Positions 11,901-22,578 of a DNA stretch of 49,411 nucleotides are shown piece by piece. Position numbers and translations under genes: made by a program. Each line of letters begins with the position of its first letter. Positions within the stretch are counted from its first letter, which is position 1. A model generated the notes under the pieces. That model ran no database searches. It was not told where the DNA came from and was given only the letters and a program-made list of their open reading frames with translations. Location of the stretch: positions 1-49,411 of the forward strand of contig JAUCBJ010002146.1 in assembly GCA_032718475.1 (NCBI GenBank), given 5' to 3'. The stretch is from Nemertoderma westbladi. Taxonomy: Eukaryota > Animalia > Xenacoelomorpha.

Positions 11901-13892
11901 TCGGTTTGGTAGTTCGGAGATCTACAGTGTAGGTTAGTGTTCGGTTTGGTAGTTCGGAGATCTACAGTGTAGGTTAGTGTTCGGTTTGGTAGCTCGGAGA
12001 TCTACAGTGTCGGTTAGTGTTCGGTTTGGTAGTTCGGAGATCTACAGTGTAGGTTAGTGTTCGGTTTGGTAGTTCGGAGATCTACAGTGCCGGTTAGTGT
12101 TCGGTTTGGTAGTTCGGAGATCTACAGTGCCGGTTAGTGTTCGGTTTGGTAGTTAGGAGATCTACAGTGTCGGTTAGTGTTCGGTTTGGTAGTTCGGAGA
12201 TCTACAGTGTCGGTTAGTGTTCGGTTTGGTAGTTCGGAGATCTACAGTGTAGGTTAGTGTTCGGTTTGGTAGTTCGGAGATCTACAGTGTAGGTTAGTGT
12301 TCGGTTTGGTAGTTCGGAGATCTACAGTGTCGGTTAGTGTTCGGTTTGGTAGTTAGGAGATCTACAGTGTAGGTTAGTGTTCGGTTTGGTAGTTCGGAGA
12401 TCTACAGTGCCGGTTAGTGTTCGGTTTGGTAGTTCGGAGATCTACAGTGTCGGTTAGTGTTCGGTTTGGTAGTTAGGAGATCTACAGTGTCGGTTAGTGT
12501 TCGGTTTGGTAGTTAGGAGATCTACAGTGTAGGTTAGTGTTCGGTTTGGTAGTTCGGAGATCTACAGTGTCGGTTAGTGTTCGGTTTGGTAGTTCGGAGA
12601 TCTACAGTGTCGGTTAGTGTTCGGTTTGGTAGTTCGGAGATCTACAGTGTAGGTTAGTGTTCGGTTTGGTAGTTCGGAGATCTACAGTGCCGGTTAGTGT
12701 TCGGTTTGGTAGTTCGGAGATCTACAGTGCCGGTTAGTGTTCGGTTTGGTAGTTCGGAGATCTACAGTGTCGGTTAGTGTTCGGTTTGGTAGTTCGGAGA
12801 TCTACAGTGTCGGTTAGTGTTCGGTTTGGTAGTTAGGAGATCTACAGTGTAGGTTAGTGTTCGGTTTGGTAGTTCGGAGATCTACAGTGTCGGTTAGTGT
12901 TCGGTTTGGTAGTTCGGAGATCTACAGTGTCGGTTAGTGTTCGGTTTGGTAGTTCGGAGATCTACAGTGTAGGTTAGTGTTCGGTTTGGTAGTTCGGAGA
13001 TCTACAGTGTAGGTTAGTGTTCGGTTTGGTAGTTCGGAGATCTACAGTGTAGGTTAGTGTTCGGTTTGGTAGTTCGGAGATCTACAGTGTCGGTTAGTGT
13101 TCGGTTTGGTAGTTAGGAGATCTACAGTGTAGGTTAGTGTTCGGTTTGGTAGTTCGGAGATCTACAGTGTAGGTTAGTGTTCGGTTTGGTAGTTCGGAGA
13201 TCTACAGTGTAGGTTAGTGTTCGGTTTGGTAGTTCGGAGATCTACAGTGTCGGTTAGTGTTCGGTTTGGTAGTTCGGAGATCTACAGTGTAGGTTAGTGT
13301 TCGGTTTGGTAGTTCGGAGATCTACAGTGTAGGTTAGTGTTCGATTTGGTAGTTCGGAGATCTACAGTGTCGGTTAGTGTTCGGTTTGGTAGTTCGGAGA
13401 GCTACAGTGTAGGTTAGTGTTCGGTTTGGTAGTTCGGAGATCTACAGTGCCGGTTAGTGTTCGGTTTGGTAGTTCGGAGATGTACAGTGTCGGTTAGTGT
13501 TCGGTTTCGTAGTTAGGAGATCTACAGTGTCGGTTAGTGTTCGGTTTGGTAGTTCGGAGATCTACAGTGTCGGTTAGTGTTCGGTTTGGTAGTTCGGAGA
13601 TCTACAGTGTCGGTTAGTGTTCGGTTTGGTAGTTAGGAGATCTACAGTGTAGGTTAGTGTTCGGTTTGGTAGTTCGGAGATCTACAGTGCCGGTTAGTGT
13701 TCGGTTTGGTAGTTAGGAGATCTACAGTGTCGGTTAGTGTTCGGTTTGGTAGTTAGGAGATCTACAGTGTAGGTTAGTGTTCGGTTTGGTAGTTCGGAGA
13801 TCTACAGAGCCGGTTAGTGTTCGGTTTGGTAGTTCGGAGATGTACAGTGTCGGTTAGTGTTCGGTTTGGTAGTTAGGAGATCTACAGTGTCG
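2879..13892 (+). repeat. 40-bp minisatellite, ~275 copies (11 kb), unit = last 34 nt of the AACS exon + GTTAGT donor
   Basis: Unit GTTCGGTTTGGTAGTTCGGAGATCTACAGTGTCGGTTAGT. The first copy is the coding end of exon 2658-2912. Few variant sites; four 35-bp deletion units. Confidence 0.97.
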
Positions 13893-14606
13893 ACTAAAAA
13901 TTTTAAAATTTTCCTATAGAGGCTATTTGGTCTTCCATACAGTGGTTGGCCATGACGAAATAGCAATATCATCATTTAACAGCAGTTGACAGTCATTTAA
14001 AAAAAAGGTTCATCGGGGTATATATATTATATTATTATTATATATAATATAAAATAGTGTTGCCTGTTTTGCAAAAGCTTGAAATGTATTATATTCAGAC
14101 TCGCCGGCCCATCAACCAGCAGAAACGTGATTGGCCTATGTTTGTGCTGCTGCTTCCCAGTGGATAGTTACTGGATAATTACCCGTTCCTTATCCCTTTG
14201 GGTCTTCACACTCTAAATGTCATCTCTTGTCATCCTCCTGAGATTGGCTTCCTTCGTGAGGCGAAACATACCGGTCAGCTGATCACTGATTGCATGCAAC
14301 CATATAGGTCCAGTTGATTTTTAGTTTTTACATACTGTGGTCCTTGCATACCTACCTGTAAGATTTTTTTTACTTAACTTGCTTGACAATTAATTAAATA
14401 ACATTATTATAAATTCAACATAAAATGTTTAGAAATTAAACAAAATAAAATACACTATAATTATCTAAATTACCAATTTAAGTAATAAATCGATCTTCGT
14501 AAGGTGATTAGTGTTCAACGTGAATATTCACAATATAATAATAACAGATGTAATATTATGGTTTTGTTCAGAAATTGAAAAAATGAAAAAGCGCGTCACC
14601 GGGGGT

Positions 14607-14668
14607 TGAACCAGCACTATACGCACGTTTCAGTCTATCAGGCCTCATCAGTAGCGCTAACCAGTTCA
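14607..14668 (-). ncRNA. Second hammerhead ribozyme copy, antisense, with weaker stem II
   Basis: The - strand reads TGAACTGGTTAGCGCTA CTGATGA GGCCTGATAGACT GAAA CGTGCGTA TAGTGCTGGTTCA. The core is intact; stem II has one mismatch. Confidence 0.65.
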
Positions 14669-14866
14669 ACCACTAGCCCCTGACATTCACTATCCCACCT
14701 AATCCACTTCTATTGAACAGGCAGTCTTAAGTTGCATATCCTATCTCTAACAGAGGACCTACCGGCCTCAAGTATGTTAGAGTGAAACATTAGGAAAGTA
14801 CAAATAAATAAATATTATTCAGCTCGAGTATTACTGCCAGGTGATATTAAACAAGGGACAAGTGGC

Positions 14867-14928
14867 TGAACTAGTTAGCGCTACTGATGAGGCCTGATAT
14901 GCTGAAACGTACGTATAGCGCTGGTTCA
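14867..14928 (+). ncRNA. Type I minimal hammerhead ribozyme (sense to the AACS pre-mRNA)
   Basis: Stem I AGCGCTA(14877-83)/TAGCGCT(14916-22), extended by TGAACT/GGTTCA. Core CTGATGA (14884-90), stem II GGC..GCT, then GAAA, short palindromic stem III ACGTACGT, and cleavage triplet GTA at 14913-14915. Confidence 0.8.
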
Positions 14929-15047
14929 ACCCCCGGTGACGCGCTTTCTCATTTTTTCCTTTTCATTTTCTCTCTCTCTCTCTCTCTCTCTCCCTATCAT
15001 GCGACAAGATTAGGCTATTCTACTCAGAGTATATCTCTGTTTTTCAG

Positions 15048-15250
15048 TGGATAGTTTTCAGTACGTAATGGATTCGCTCTGTGTGTCGCAAACATCGGTT
15101 ATTGGGCAGGAACGGGCCGTTCTATTCGTTAAACTCGTCCCCGATGCTAAGCTCACCCAGGAACGAGTTGACGAACTGAAACTCGCGATAAGAGTTGGAC
15201 TCAGTCCCCGACATGTTCCCTCGCTAATTCTTCCTATCGGAGATATTCCA
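15048..15250 (+). CDS. AACS: AACS penultimate coding exon
   Basis: Acceptor tttttcAG at 15046-47. The phase-1 join gives V-DSFQYVMDSLCVSQ..ERAVLFVKL..IRVGLSPRHVPSLILPIGDIP. Donor GTAAGT at 15251. Confidence 0.93.
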
Positions 15251-15305
15251 GTAAGTTGTGATGATCTGGATTCAATAATCTTGTGTGGCTCATGTGTATC
15301 CAAAT

Positions 15306-17626
15306 CTATGTGGTTCATGTTTACATCCGTTGCTATGTGGTTCAAGTTTACATCCGTTGCTATGTGGTTCATGTTTACATTCGTTGCTATGTGATTCATG
15401 TTTACATCCGTTGCTATGTGATTCATGTTTACATACATGGCTATGTGGTTCATGTTTACATCCGTTGCTATGTGATTCATGTTTACATACATGGCTATGT
15501 GGTTCATGTTTACATCCGGTGCTATGTGGTTCATGTTTACATCCGTTGCTATGTGGTTCATGTTTACATCCGTGGCTATGTGGTTCATGTTTACATACAT
15601 GGCTATGTGGTTCATGTTTACATCCGTTGCTATGTGGTTCATGTTTACATACATGGCTATGTGGTTCTTGTTTACATCCGTTGCTATGTGGTTCATGTTT
15701 ACATTCGTTGCTATGTGATTCATGTTTACATACATGGCTATGTGGTTCATGTTTACATCCGTTGCTATGTGGTTCAAGTTTACATCCGTTGCTATGTGGT
15801 TCATGTTTACATCCGTTGCTATGTGGTTCATGTTTACATCCGTGGCTATGTGGTTCATGTTTACATACATGGCTATGTGGTTCATGTTTACATCCGTTGC
15901 TATGTGGTTCATGTTTACATACATGGCTATGTGGTTCTTGTTTACATCCGTTGCTATGTGGTTCATGTTTACATTCGTTGCTATGTGGTTCATGTTTACA
16001 TCCGTTGCTATGTGATTCATGTTTACATACATGGCTATGTGGTTCATGTTTACATCCGTTGCTATGTGATTCATGTTTACATACATGGCTATGTGGTTCT
16101 TGTTTACATCCGTTGCTATGTGGTTCATGTTTACATTCGTTGCTATGTGATTCATGTTTACATACATGGCTATGTGGTTCATGTTTACATCCGTTGCTAT
16201 GTGATTCATGTTTACATACATGGCTATGTGGTTCATGTTTACATCCGGTGCTACGTGGTTCATGTTTACATACATGGCTATGTGGTTCTTGTTTACATCC
16301 GTTGCTATGTGGTTCATGTTTACATTCGTTGCTATGTGGTTCATGTTTACATCCGTTGCTATGTGGTTCATGTTTACATTCGTTGCTATGTGATTCATGT
16401 TTACATACATGGCTATGTGGTTCTTGTTTACATCCGTTGCTATGTGGTTCATGTTTACATTCGTTGCTATGTGGTTCATGTTTACATCCGTTGCTATGTG
16501 GTTCATGTTTACATCCGTTGCTATGTGGTTCATGTTTACATACATGGCTATGTGGTTCATGTTTACATCCGGTGCTACGTGGTTCATGTTTACATACATG
16601 GCTATGTGGTTCTTGTTTACATCCGTTGCTATGTGGTTCATGTTTACATCCGTTGCTATGTGGTTCTTGTTTACATCCGTTGCTATGTGGTTCATGTTTA
16701 CATCCGTTGCTATGTGGTTCATGTTTACATACATGGCTATGTGGTTCATGTTTACATCCGGTGCTACGTGGTTCATGTTTACATACATGGCTATGTGGTT
16801 CTTGTTTACATCCGTTGCTATGTGGTTCATGTTTACATTCGTTGCTATGTGATTCATGTTTACATTCGTTGCTATGTGGTTCAAGTTTACATCCGTTGCT
16901 ATGTGGTTCATGTTTACATCCGTTGCTATGTGGTTCAAGTTTACATCCGTTGCTATGTGGTTCATGTTTACATCCGTTGCTATGTGGTTCATGTTTACAT
17001 CCGTTGCTATGTGGTTCATGTTTACATCCGTTGCTATGTGGTTCATGTTTACATCCGTTGCTATGTGGTTCATGTTTACATCCGTTGCTATGTGGTTCAT
17101 GTTTACATCCGTTGCTATGTGGTTCATGTTTACATACATGGCTATGTGTTTCTTGTTTACATCCGTTGCTATGTGGTTCATGTTTACATCCGTTGCTATG
17201 TGGTTCATGTTTACATACATGGCTATGTGTTTCTTGTTTACATCCGTTGCTATGTGGTTCATGTTTACATCCGTTTCTACGTGGTTCATGTTTACATACA
17301 TGGCTATGTGGTTCTTGTTTACATCCGTTGCTATGTGGTTCATGTTTACATTCGTTGCTATGTGGTTCATGTTTACATACATGGCTATGTGGTTCTTGTT
17401 TACATCCGTTGCTATGTGGTTAATGTTTACATCCGTTGCTATGTGGTTCATGTTTACATCCGTTGCTATGTGGTTCATGTTTACATCCGTTGCTATGTGG
17501 TTCATGTTTACATCCGTTGCTATGTGGTTCTTGTTTACATTCGTTGCTATGTGGTTCATGTTTACATCCGTTGCTATGTGGTTCATGTTTACATCCGTTG
17601 CTATGTGGTTCATGTTTACATTCGTT
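15306..17626. repeat. 27-bp minisatellite, ~86 copies, in AACS intron
   Basis: Unit CTATGTGGTTCATGTTTACATCCGTTG with recurrent variants. Starts about 55 bp after the donor. Confidence 0.96.
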
Positions 17627-17649
17627 AAATAAAATCTACTAACATTCTC

Positions 17650-18060
17650 GCTATGGGGGTTTTCCTTGTCAAGGATTTCATTTCCGCTGTCAGTTTTCTC
17701 TTTTGACCCTATCCAGACTGTCTGTCGGTCTATCTGTCGGTCTGTCTGTCGGTCTGTCTGTCCGTCAAAAGTATAAGGAATCACATTAGCTAATTAAAAT
17801 TCTAGCTATGGGAGTTTTCCTGGTCAAGGATTTCATTTCCGCTGTCAGTTTTCACTTTTGACCCTATCCAGACTGTCTGTCGGTCTGTCTGTCGGTCTGT
17901 CTGTCGGTCTGTCTGTCCGTCAAAAATATAAGGAATCACAATAGCTAATTAAAATTATTTCTATGGGGGTTTTCCTGGTCAAGGATTTCATTTCCGCTGT
18001 CAGTTTTCACTTTTGACCCTATCCAGACTGTCTGTCGGTCTGTCTGTCGGTCAGTCTGTT
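17650..18060. repeat. ~155-bp tandem repeat (about 2.6 copies) with an internal (CTGT/CGGT)n microsatellite
   Basis: Copies begin near 17650, 17805 and 17960 (ctatgggggttttcc..tcaaggatttcatttccgctgtcag..gaccctatccagactgtctgtcggtc). Confidence 0.85.
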
Positions 18061-18276
18061 TAGGATTTTTTGTTTAGGCTGTTTAGTCAGTTTAGGCCTA
18101 CCTTACTGCAGTACTGCCTTATTCTGTTATAGCTAAAATCTGGTAGGATGTAAGCAGGTCTGCAGTAGGTCTACCGGTGGTTAAATTACAGTAGATACAA
18201 GCTGAAATGCTAACATATAGAAGCATGTACTTAATAGTCCAGCAACATTTTCCCTTCTTAGAAATCGAATAAATGT

Positions 18277-18506
18277 CATGGAACATACGTGTGTGTCATG
18301 GCGCAATACCCATGGAACAGACGTATGTGCCATGGCGCAATAGCCATGGAACAGACGTATGTACCATGGCGCAATACCCATGGAACAGACGTATGTGCCA
18401 TGGCGCAATACCCATGGAACAGACGTATGTGCCATGGCGCAATACCCATGGAACAGACGTATGTGCCATGGCGCAATACCCATGGAACAGACGTATGTGC
18501 CATGGT
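18277..18506. repeat. 34-bp tandem repeat, ~6.7 copies
   Basis: Unit CCATGGAACAGACGTATGTGCCATGGCGCAATAC. Ends about 45 bp before the last AACS acceptor. Confidence 0.92.
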
Positions 18507-18553
18507 ACCGAAAGGGTTAAACATTATTTAATATTAAATATTTTATTTATTAG

Positions 18554-18715
18554 TACACAAATAATGGTAAGAAGATTGAGATTGCGGTTCGCAGAATACT
18601 TGCAGGTGAGAATGTGGATGACAGAGAGGCGATATCGAACCCAGAATCCCTGGATCTATTCCAGAACATTCCAGAACTATTAGAGTACCACAGCCAATTA
18701 TCTTACTCCTGTTAA
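18554..18715 (+). CDS. AACS: AACS last coding exon (not in the ORF track in this frame)
   Basis: Acceptor tttattAG at 18552-53. Phase 0: YTNNGKKIEIAVRRILAGENVDDREAISNPESLDLFQNIPELLEYHSQLSYSC*, matching the AACS terminal T-x-x-GKK and NPE-x-LD motifs. AATAAA at 18797-18802. Confidence 0.92.
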   Translation, partial: YTNNGKKIEIAVRRILAGENVDDREAISNPESLDLFQNIPELLEYHSQLSYSC

Positions 18716-19055
18716 ACTATATTTATTGGATAATATCTGTCGTAATAATTATGTTTTATTCAAAGATTTGCGGTTCTTTGTTTATATTGTGTTGGTAATA
18801 AATATGTTTCCGGTCAAGATGTAACTGTTGAACTCGATACAACATAAAAAGGGTTTTTATTTAGACGCATCTTTAATTTATTATTGAGGTTTTAACATTT
18901 ATAAGAATAAAACGATATAAATAAAACTAGAAAATTCACATAAATGATAAATTTAACGCGGCGTAATCTCGACAGACATAATAATTATTCGGTTTAAAAA
19001 AGTTCCTATTTCTTGAATGAAGGTTTATTTTTCTCCCCCAATCTATTCCTACTAA

Positions 19056-19138
19056 AGTACCGGTACTAAACTAAACTCTACCTATACTGTTCTCTAGTAC
19101 CGGTACTAAACTAAACTCTACCTATACTGTTTTCTAGT
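19056..19138. repeat. 40-bp two-copy tandem duplication spanning the aminopeptidase stop codon
   Basis: AGTACCGGTACTAAACTAAACTCTACCTATACTGTTYTCT at 19056 and 19096. Confidence 0.9.
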
Positions 19139-19254
19139 TGTTTGTAATTCAACGCAATCCATTGCTCGTTCACTTTTATCATCTCCAAAATCTTCTCGAA
19201 TTCGTAAGCAGTCGCTCCTAGATGCTCTGATTTATCCTGGACGAAGGACTTCAC
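19111..19254 (-). CDS. M1 aminopeptidase N-like gene, exon 14 (terminal)
   Basis: Acceptor gtatAG. Phase 0: VKSFVQDKSEHLGATAYEFEKILEMIKVNEQWIALNYKQLENSIGRV*, resembling the LE-x-I-x-x-N-x-x-W end of M1 peptidases. Phase matches exon 13. Confidence 0.8.
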   Translation of the reverse strand: MKSFVQDKSEHLGATAYEFEKILEMIKVNEQWIALNYKQLENSIGRV

Positions 19255-19739
19255 CTATACGTAAACAAATATTATTGTTAGACAGTAGAGGTGATAATTA
19301 GGTGAACTTTTGATGCATTAACGAGTTGTCTGTCGTCGTCCAATTTTTGATCGCTTATAACTCAGTCATTCCTTGCTGAAATTAAACCAAACTTGGTACG
19401 TATGTAGTCTCGTGCTGCTCGATAGCCCCACGAAGTGTAACACGTGCGTACGTAAATTGTGGGAATATTTCGCTATGAAACGAAAGCTTTAATACCAACA
19501 TATGGTGTAAATAAAATAAACATGCACATAAAGGTAGGTAGGCCTACTGTAAAATATGAAAGTTGTTATGTGACCATATAATACTGTATTGTATGACAGA
19601 TAATGGAAAATGGGATACACATTATTTATAGGTTATTTGGGGATGGGGATATAATAAAATGAATATATAATTTAATAAAAATAGTAAAAATATATATAAT
19701 ATAATAAAATGTCGTTGCACGGTTGAAATATTGTACAAT

Positions 19740-22330
19740 TCAATGTTTGGTTATAGCGTGGCTGGGGGAAGTTTTAAAATAGATCGTGTAAAAATTAGAA
19801 TAGATCATTTCACGGCGTACAGGAACAGTGAGCGTTTTACTGTTGTTAGTAGAGTCGGGACGCCAGTGCAACTGAGGCCGTGGTCCTTGTCCGTCGCCTG
19901 GTCGTCGCAGAGACGGCAGACGCATGTGGGGGTCGGCCGCCAACACCCTTTACTGCGGCAGAGCTTGTGGTGCGAGCCATTGGAGATGAATTGGGCTGCA
20001 GCGCGGCGCCTGTAGCCTGTGAGTTCGAGGAGGGAGAGCTCGCCGTTCTCTGCAGGGCGGTCGACCGCGTTTAGGTTTGCCGTGGTGGAGGCGTATTTGC
20101 TCACCCCGCACCACAGTTTCCAGTAGAACGCGCGAACGAGCACCACGTGTGGTAAGCTGGGCGCGTCGGCCGCGGAAACGCCGTAGACGGAGCAACCGTA
20201 TTTGGTAGACGGAAGGACAACCGCGCGCCACAATCGACCAGCTGATACAATTGATATGTTATTGAAATTGACCCGGGAAGCCAATCTCATGCAGGAGGAG
20301 ATCCCTCGTTTATGCAGGTGAGTGTAGTGACCGGACGCACAAGCAGTGGTTGTCAGTACGACTCCGAGGTACTCGAAAGAGTTGACGAACTCGAGAGGCG
20401 ATCCTTGGTACATGAGGATGTCCGACTTACAAAGCCGACCACCGCGCCAGAATTTCATGGCCTTTGTTTTGGATTTATTAACGATCAGATCGTATTCTTT
20501 GCAATAGTCGGAGAGGTTGTCGAGTCCCGCTTGTACTTCTGCGATGGTGGTTCCGGTGATGGCTACATCATCAGCGTACATGAACAGGAGGCACCCAACA
20601 GCGAGTATTACAACTGGGAGATCGTAGAGAAATAGACTGAACAAGAGAGGTGACAGTTTATCTCCCTGGACAACTCCAATCGTTTGTGTTATGGGGTCCA
20701 TGACGAAAACACCAAGGCAGATGCAGACGTAGTTGGTTGATAACAGTGCCCAGAGGGCAGCGACGAACGCCCGACTGACGCCCAACTCGGAGAGTTTGAA
20801 GCATAGCTTCCTGCGGTTAACCGAGTCGAAAGCTTTTGAAAAGTCGACGAACACGCAGTACACGTGTCCTCCGGGGTTTCGCAAAGTCTCTCGGATTAGT
20901 GTAATCAGCTTCGTAGCCGCTTGTATCGTAGAACGCCCCTTGCGGAAACCGTACTGGCAGTATGGGAGAATTCCTGAGGATTCCGTCCAGGGGGTATAGC
21001 CGATTATATAATATAGTCGTGTATGTCTTTAGTAGGCAGGAAAGTAGAGCGATTCCCCGATACGAATTCGGGGAGACTTTAGGGCCCTTTCCTTTATAAA
21101 GGGGGAGAAGATATGAGGTCAGCCAAAGAGCCGGGCAGGTTGCCGCCGACAGACACGTCGAGAACAGAGTGAGGAGAAATGGAAGAAGAAAACTGAAACC
21201 GAGTTTCATAGATTCATTAAAAAACCCGTCGGGACCCGCAGCTTTGTGATTCTTCTGTGAATGAACGGCGGAGGTAACTTCATCTGCATCTATCGGGTGG
21301 TCCAGGAATGGTATTGGTTGTTCCGGTAGGACGGGGAGTTTGGTGTCGACGTCGCGAGTAAGTAGACTGATGAAGTGGGATGACCAGTCCTCTGAGGCAA
21401 CCTGTTGCGGTGCGGAGTGTTGGCGTTTTGCTTTCGTTATATTCCAGAAGACCGTGTGGTCGGCCTCGCATCGGTCAATGAGGTTCTGTTCTTTCTGAGC
21501 CTCGTATGAACTCTTCTTGGATCGAAGTTGCGATATATAGGTACGTTTCAGTTGGCAGTATTCCTCTCGGTTCGAGTCATTCGGATGCACACGAACGCGT
21601 TGATGACTGGCCTTTACAGTACGTTGGAGCTCGTAGCAGTCTTTTGTAAACCACGGTTTAGACGTTTTCTTCTGGCGAGACGCTGCTGCGCCTCTCAATG
21701 CATCAGTAATGTAGTTGCAGGCACCGTCGATATCATGTTCTGCTAAATTGTTAAAGTCATTGATATTCATTGACAGTTTGTCTACGAGAACATCAGTGTC
21801 AATGTCATTGATTCGTTGAGCGCGTTCGTTCCGTGGGGGCGAGGCAGATAGTGTTGCGATACAGGTTGAAACCCATTGATGTTTGCAGTTTATTGTGGTT
21901 AGAACTGACACATCTGTAATATCTATTAAACTGGGGTCAATAAATGTAAGGTCAATGACACTGTGGCCATTCCAGCAAATATAGGTTGGTGTATCCGGGT
22001 CGGTTATACAGACTAGACCCAGTCCGGCGAGTCCGTCGCATAGCAGGTCACCACGAGAACTGCTGTCCCCGTCGATGCGGCAATTAAAATCCCCAGCGAG
22101 CAGGAGCGGCGCTGTAGAACGAATGCGAGTAGCCGTAATGATAGGGATGAGTTCTAGTAGGATATCGGTAACATCGGTTTTTGGCTTGTAGTACGCGGAT
22201 ATTATATTTAGACCAGGGATTGATATCGCAATTACGTTTTCGCTTTTATGATGGCATTTCGGAGTCCAGTTATTTCTCATATGAACCCCGATGGTTATAC
22301 CACCGTACGGACGGCTGGTACAGTATCACC
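19740..22330 (-). mobile_element. 5'-truncated non-LTR retrotransposon (APE endonuclease + RT + C-terminal Cys/His motif; RTE-X/L2-like), one frameshift
   Basis: AGDFN and SVIDLTF (endonuclease); KAAGPDG, NSYRGIALL, FVDFSKAFDSV, GVVQGDKLSP, YADD and FEYLG (RT); C-terminal CRLC-x8-H-x3-C. The frames join across the G5 run at 20990-20994. Boundaries are approximate. Confidence 0.88.
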
Positions 22331-22504
22331 TTTTTCACTAGAAATGTTGAAACATTTGAAATCGGGGATATCAGGTATATTTCGCTATTAGGTAGCTATT
22401 TGTAATTCTTCGTAAAAACTTTCAAAATTCCGACGTATTTGCCTTGATTTATAGTTTGTTAGCATATCACCTACTCTAGTTATAATTTGGCACGGGTTTC
22501 TATT

Positions 22505-22578
22505 GGCGCAGTGGTCCAGTAGGTTAAGGCGCAGGTTACATTCTAGGCAGGTTAAGAGTTCGAATCTGGGTCAGTACA
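22505..22578 (+). other. tRNA-derived (Pol III A/B box) sequence, probably a SINE head or pseudo-tRNA
   Basis: A-box-like TGGTCCAGTAGG and B-box-like GAGTTCGAATC. The acceptor stem does not close. Confidence 0.45.

Larger units (their letters stand above)
14577..14958. mobile_element. ~105-bp inverted repeat pair carrying hammerhead ribozymes (Penelope-like pLTR or retrozyme remnant)
   Basis: 14577-14682 is the near-exact reverse complement of 14853-14958. Each arm contains a CTGATGA..GAAAC..GTA hammerhead core. Confidence 0.65.

Noticed and set aside
2879-13892. CRISPR-like array
   Set aside because: Head-to-tail units with no unique spacers, no cas genes, and a eukaryotic intron context. 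The same applies to the other arrays.
15058-17784. 908-, 781- and 712-aa repetitive ORFs
   Set aside because: Open in several frames because the 27-bp unit lacks stops. They lie within an AACS intron defined by in-phase splice sites.
22505-22578. Functional tRNA gene
   Set aside because: A/B boxes are present but the acceptor and T stems do not pair into a cloverleaf.
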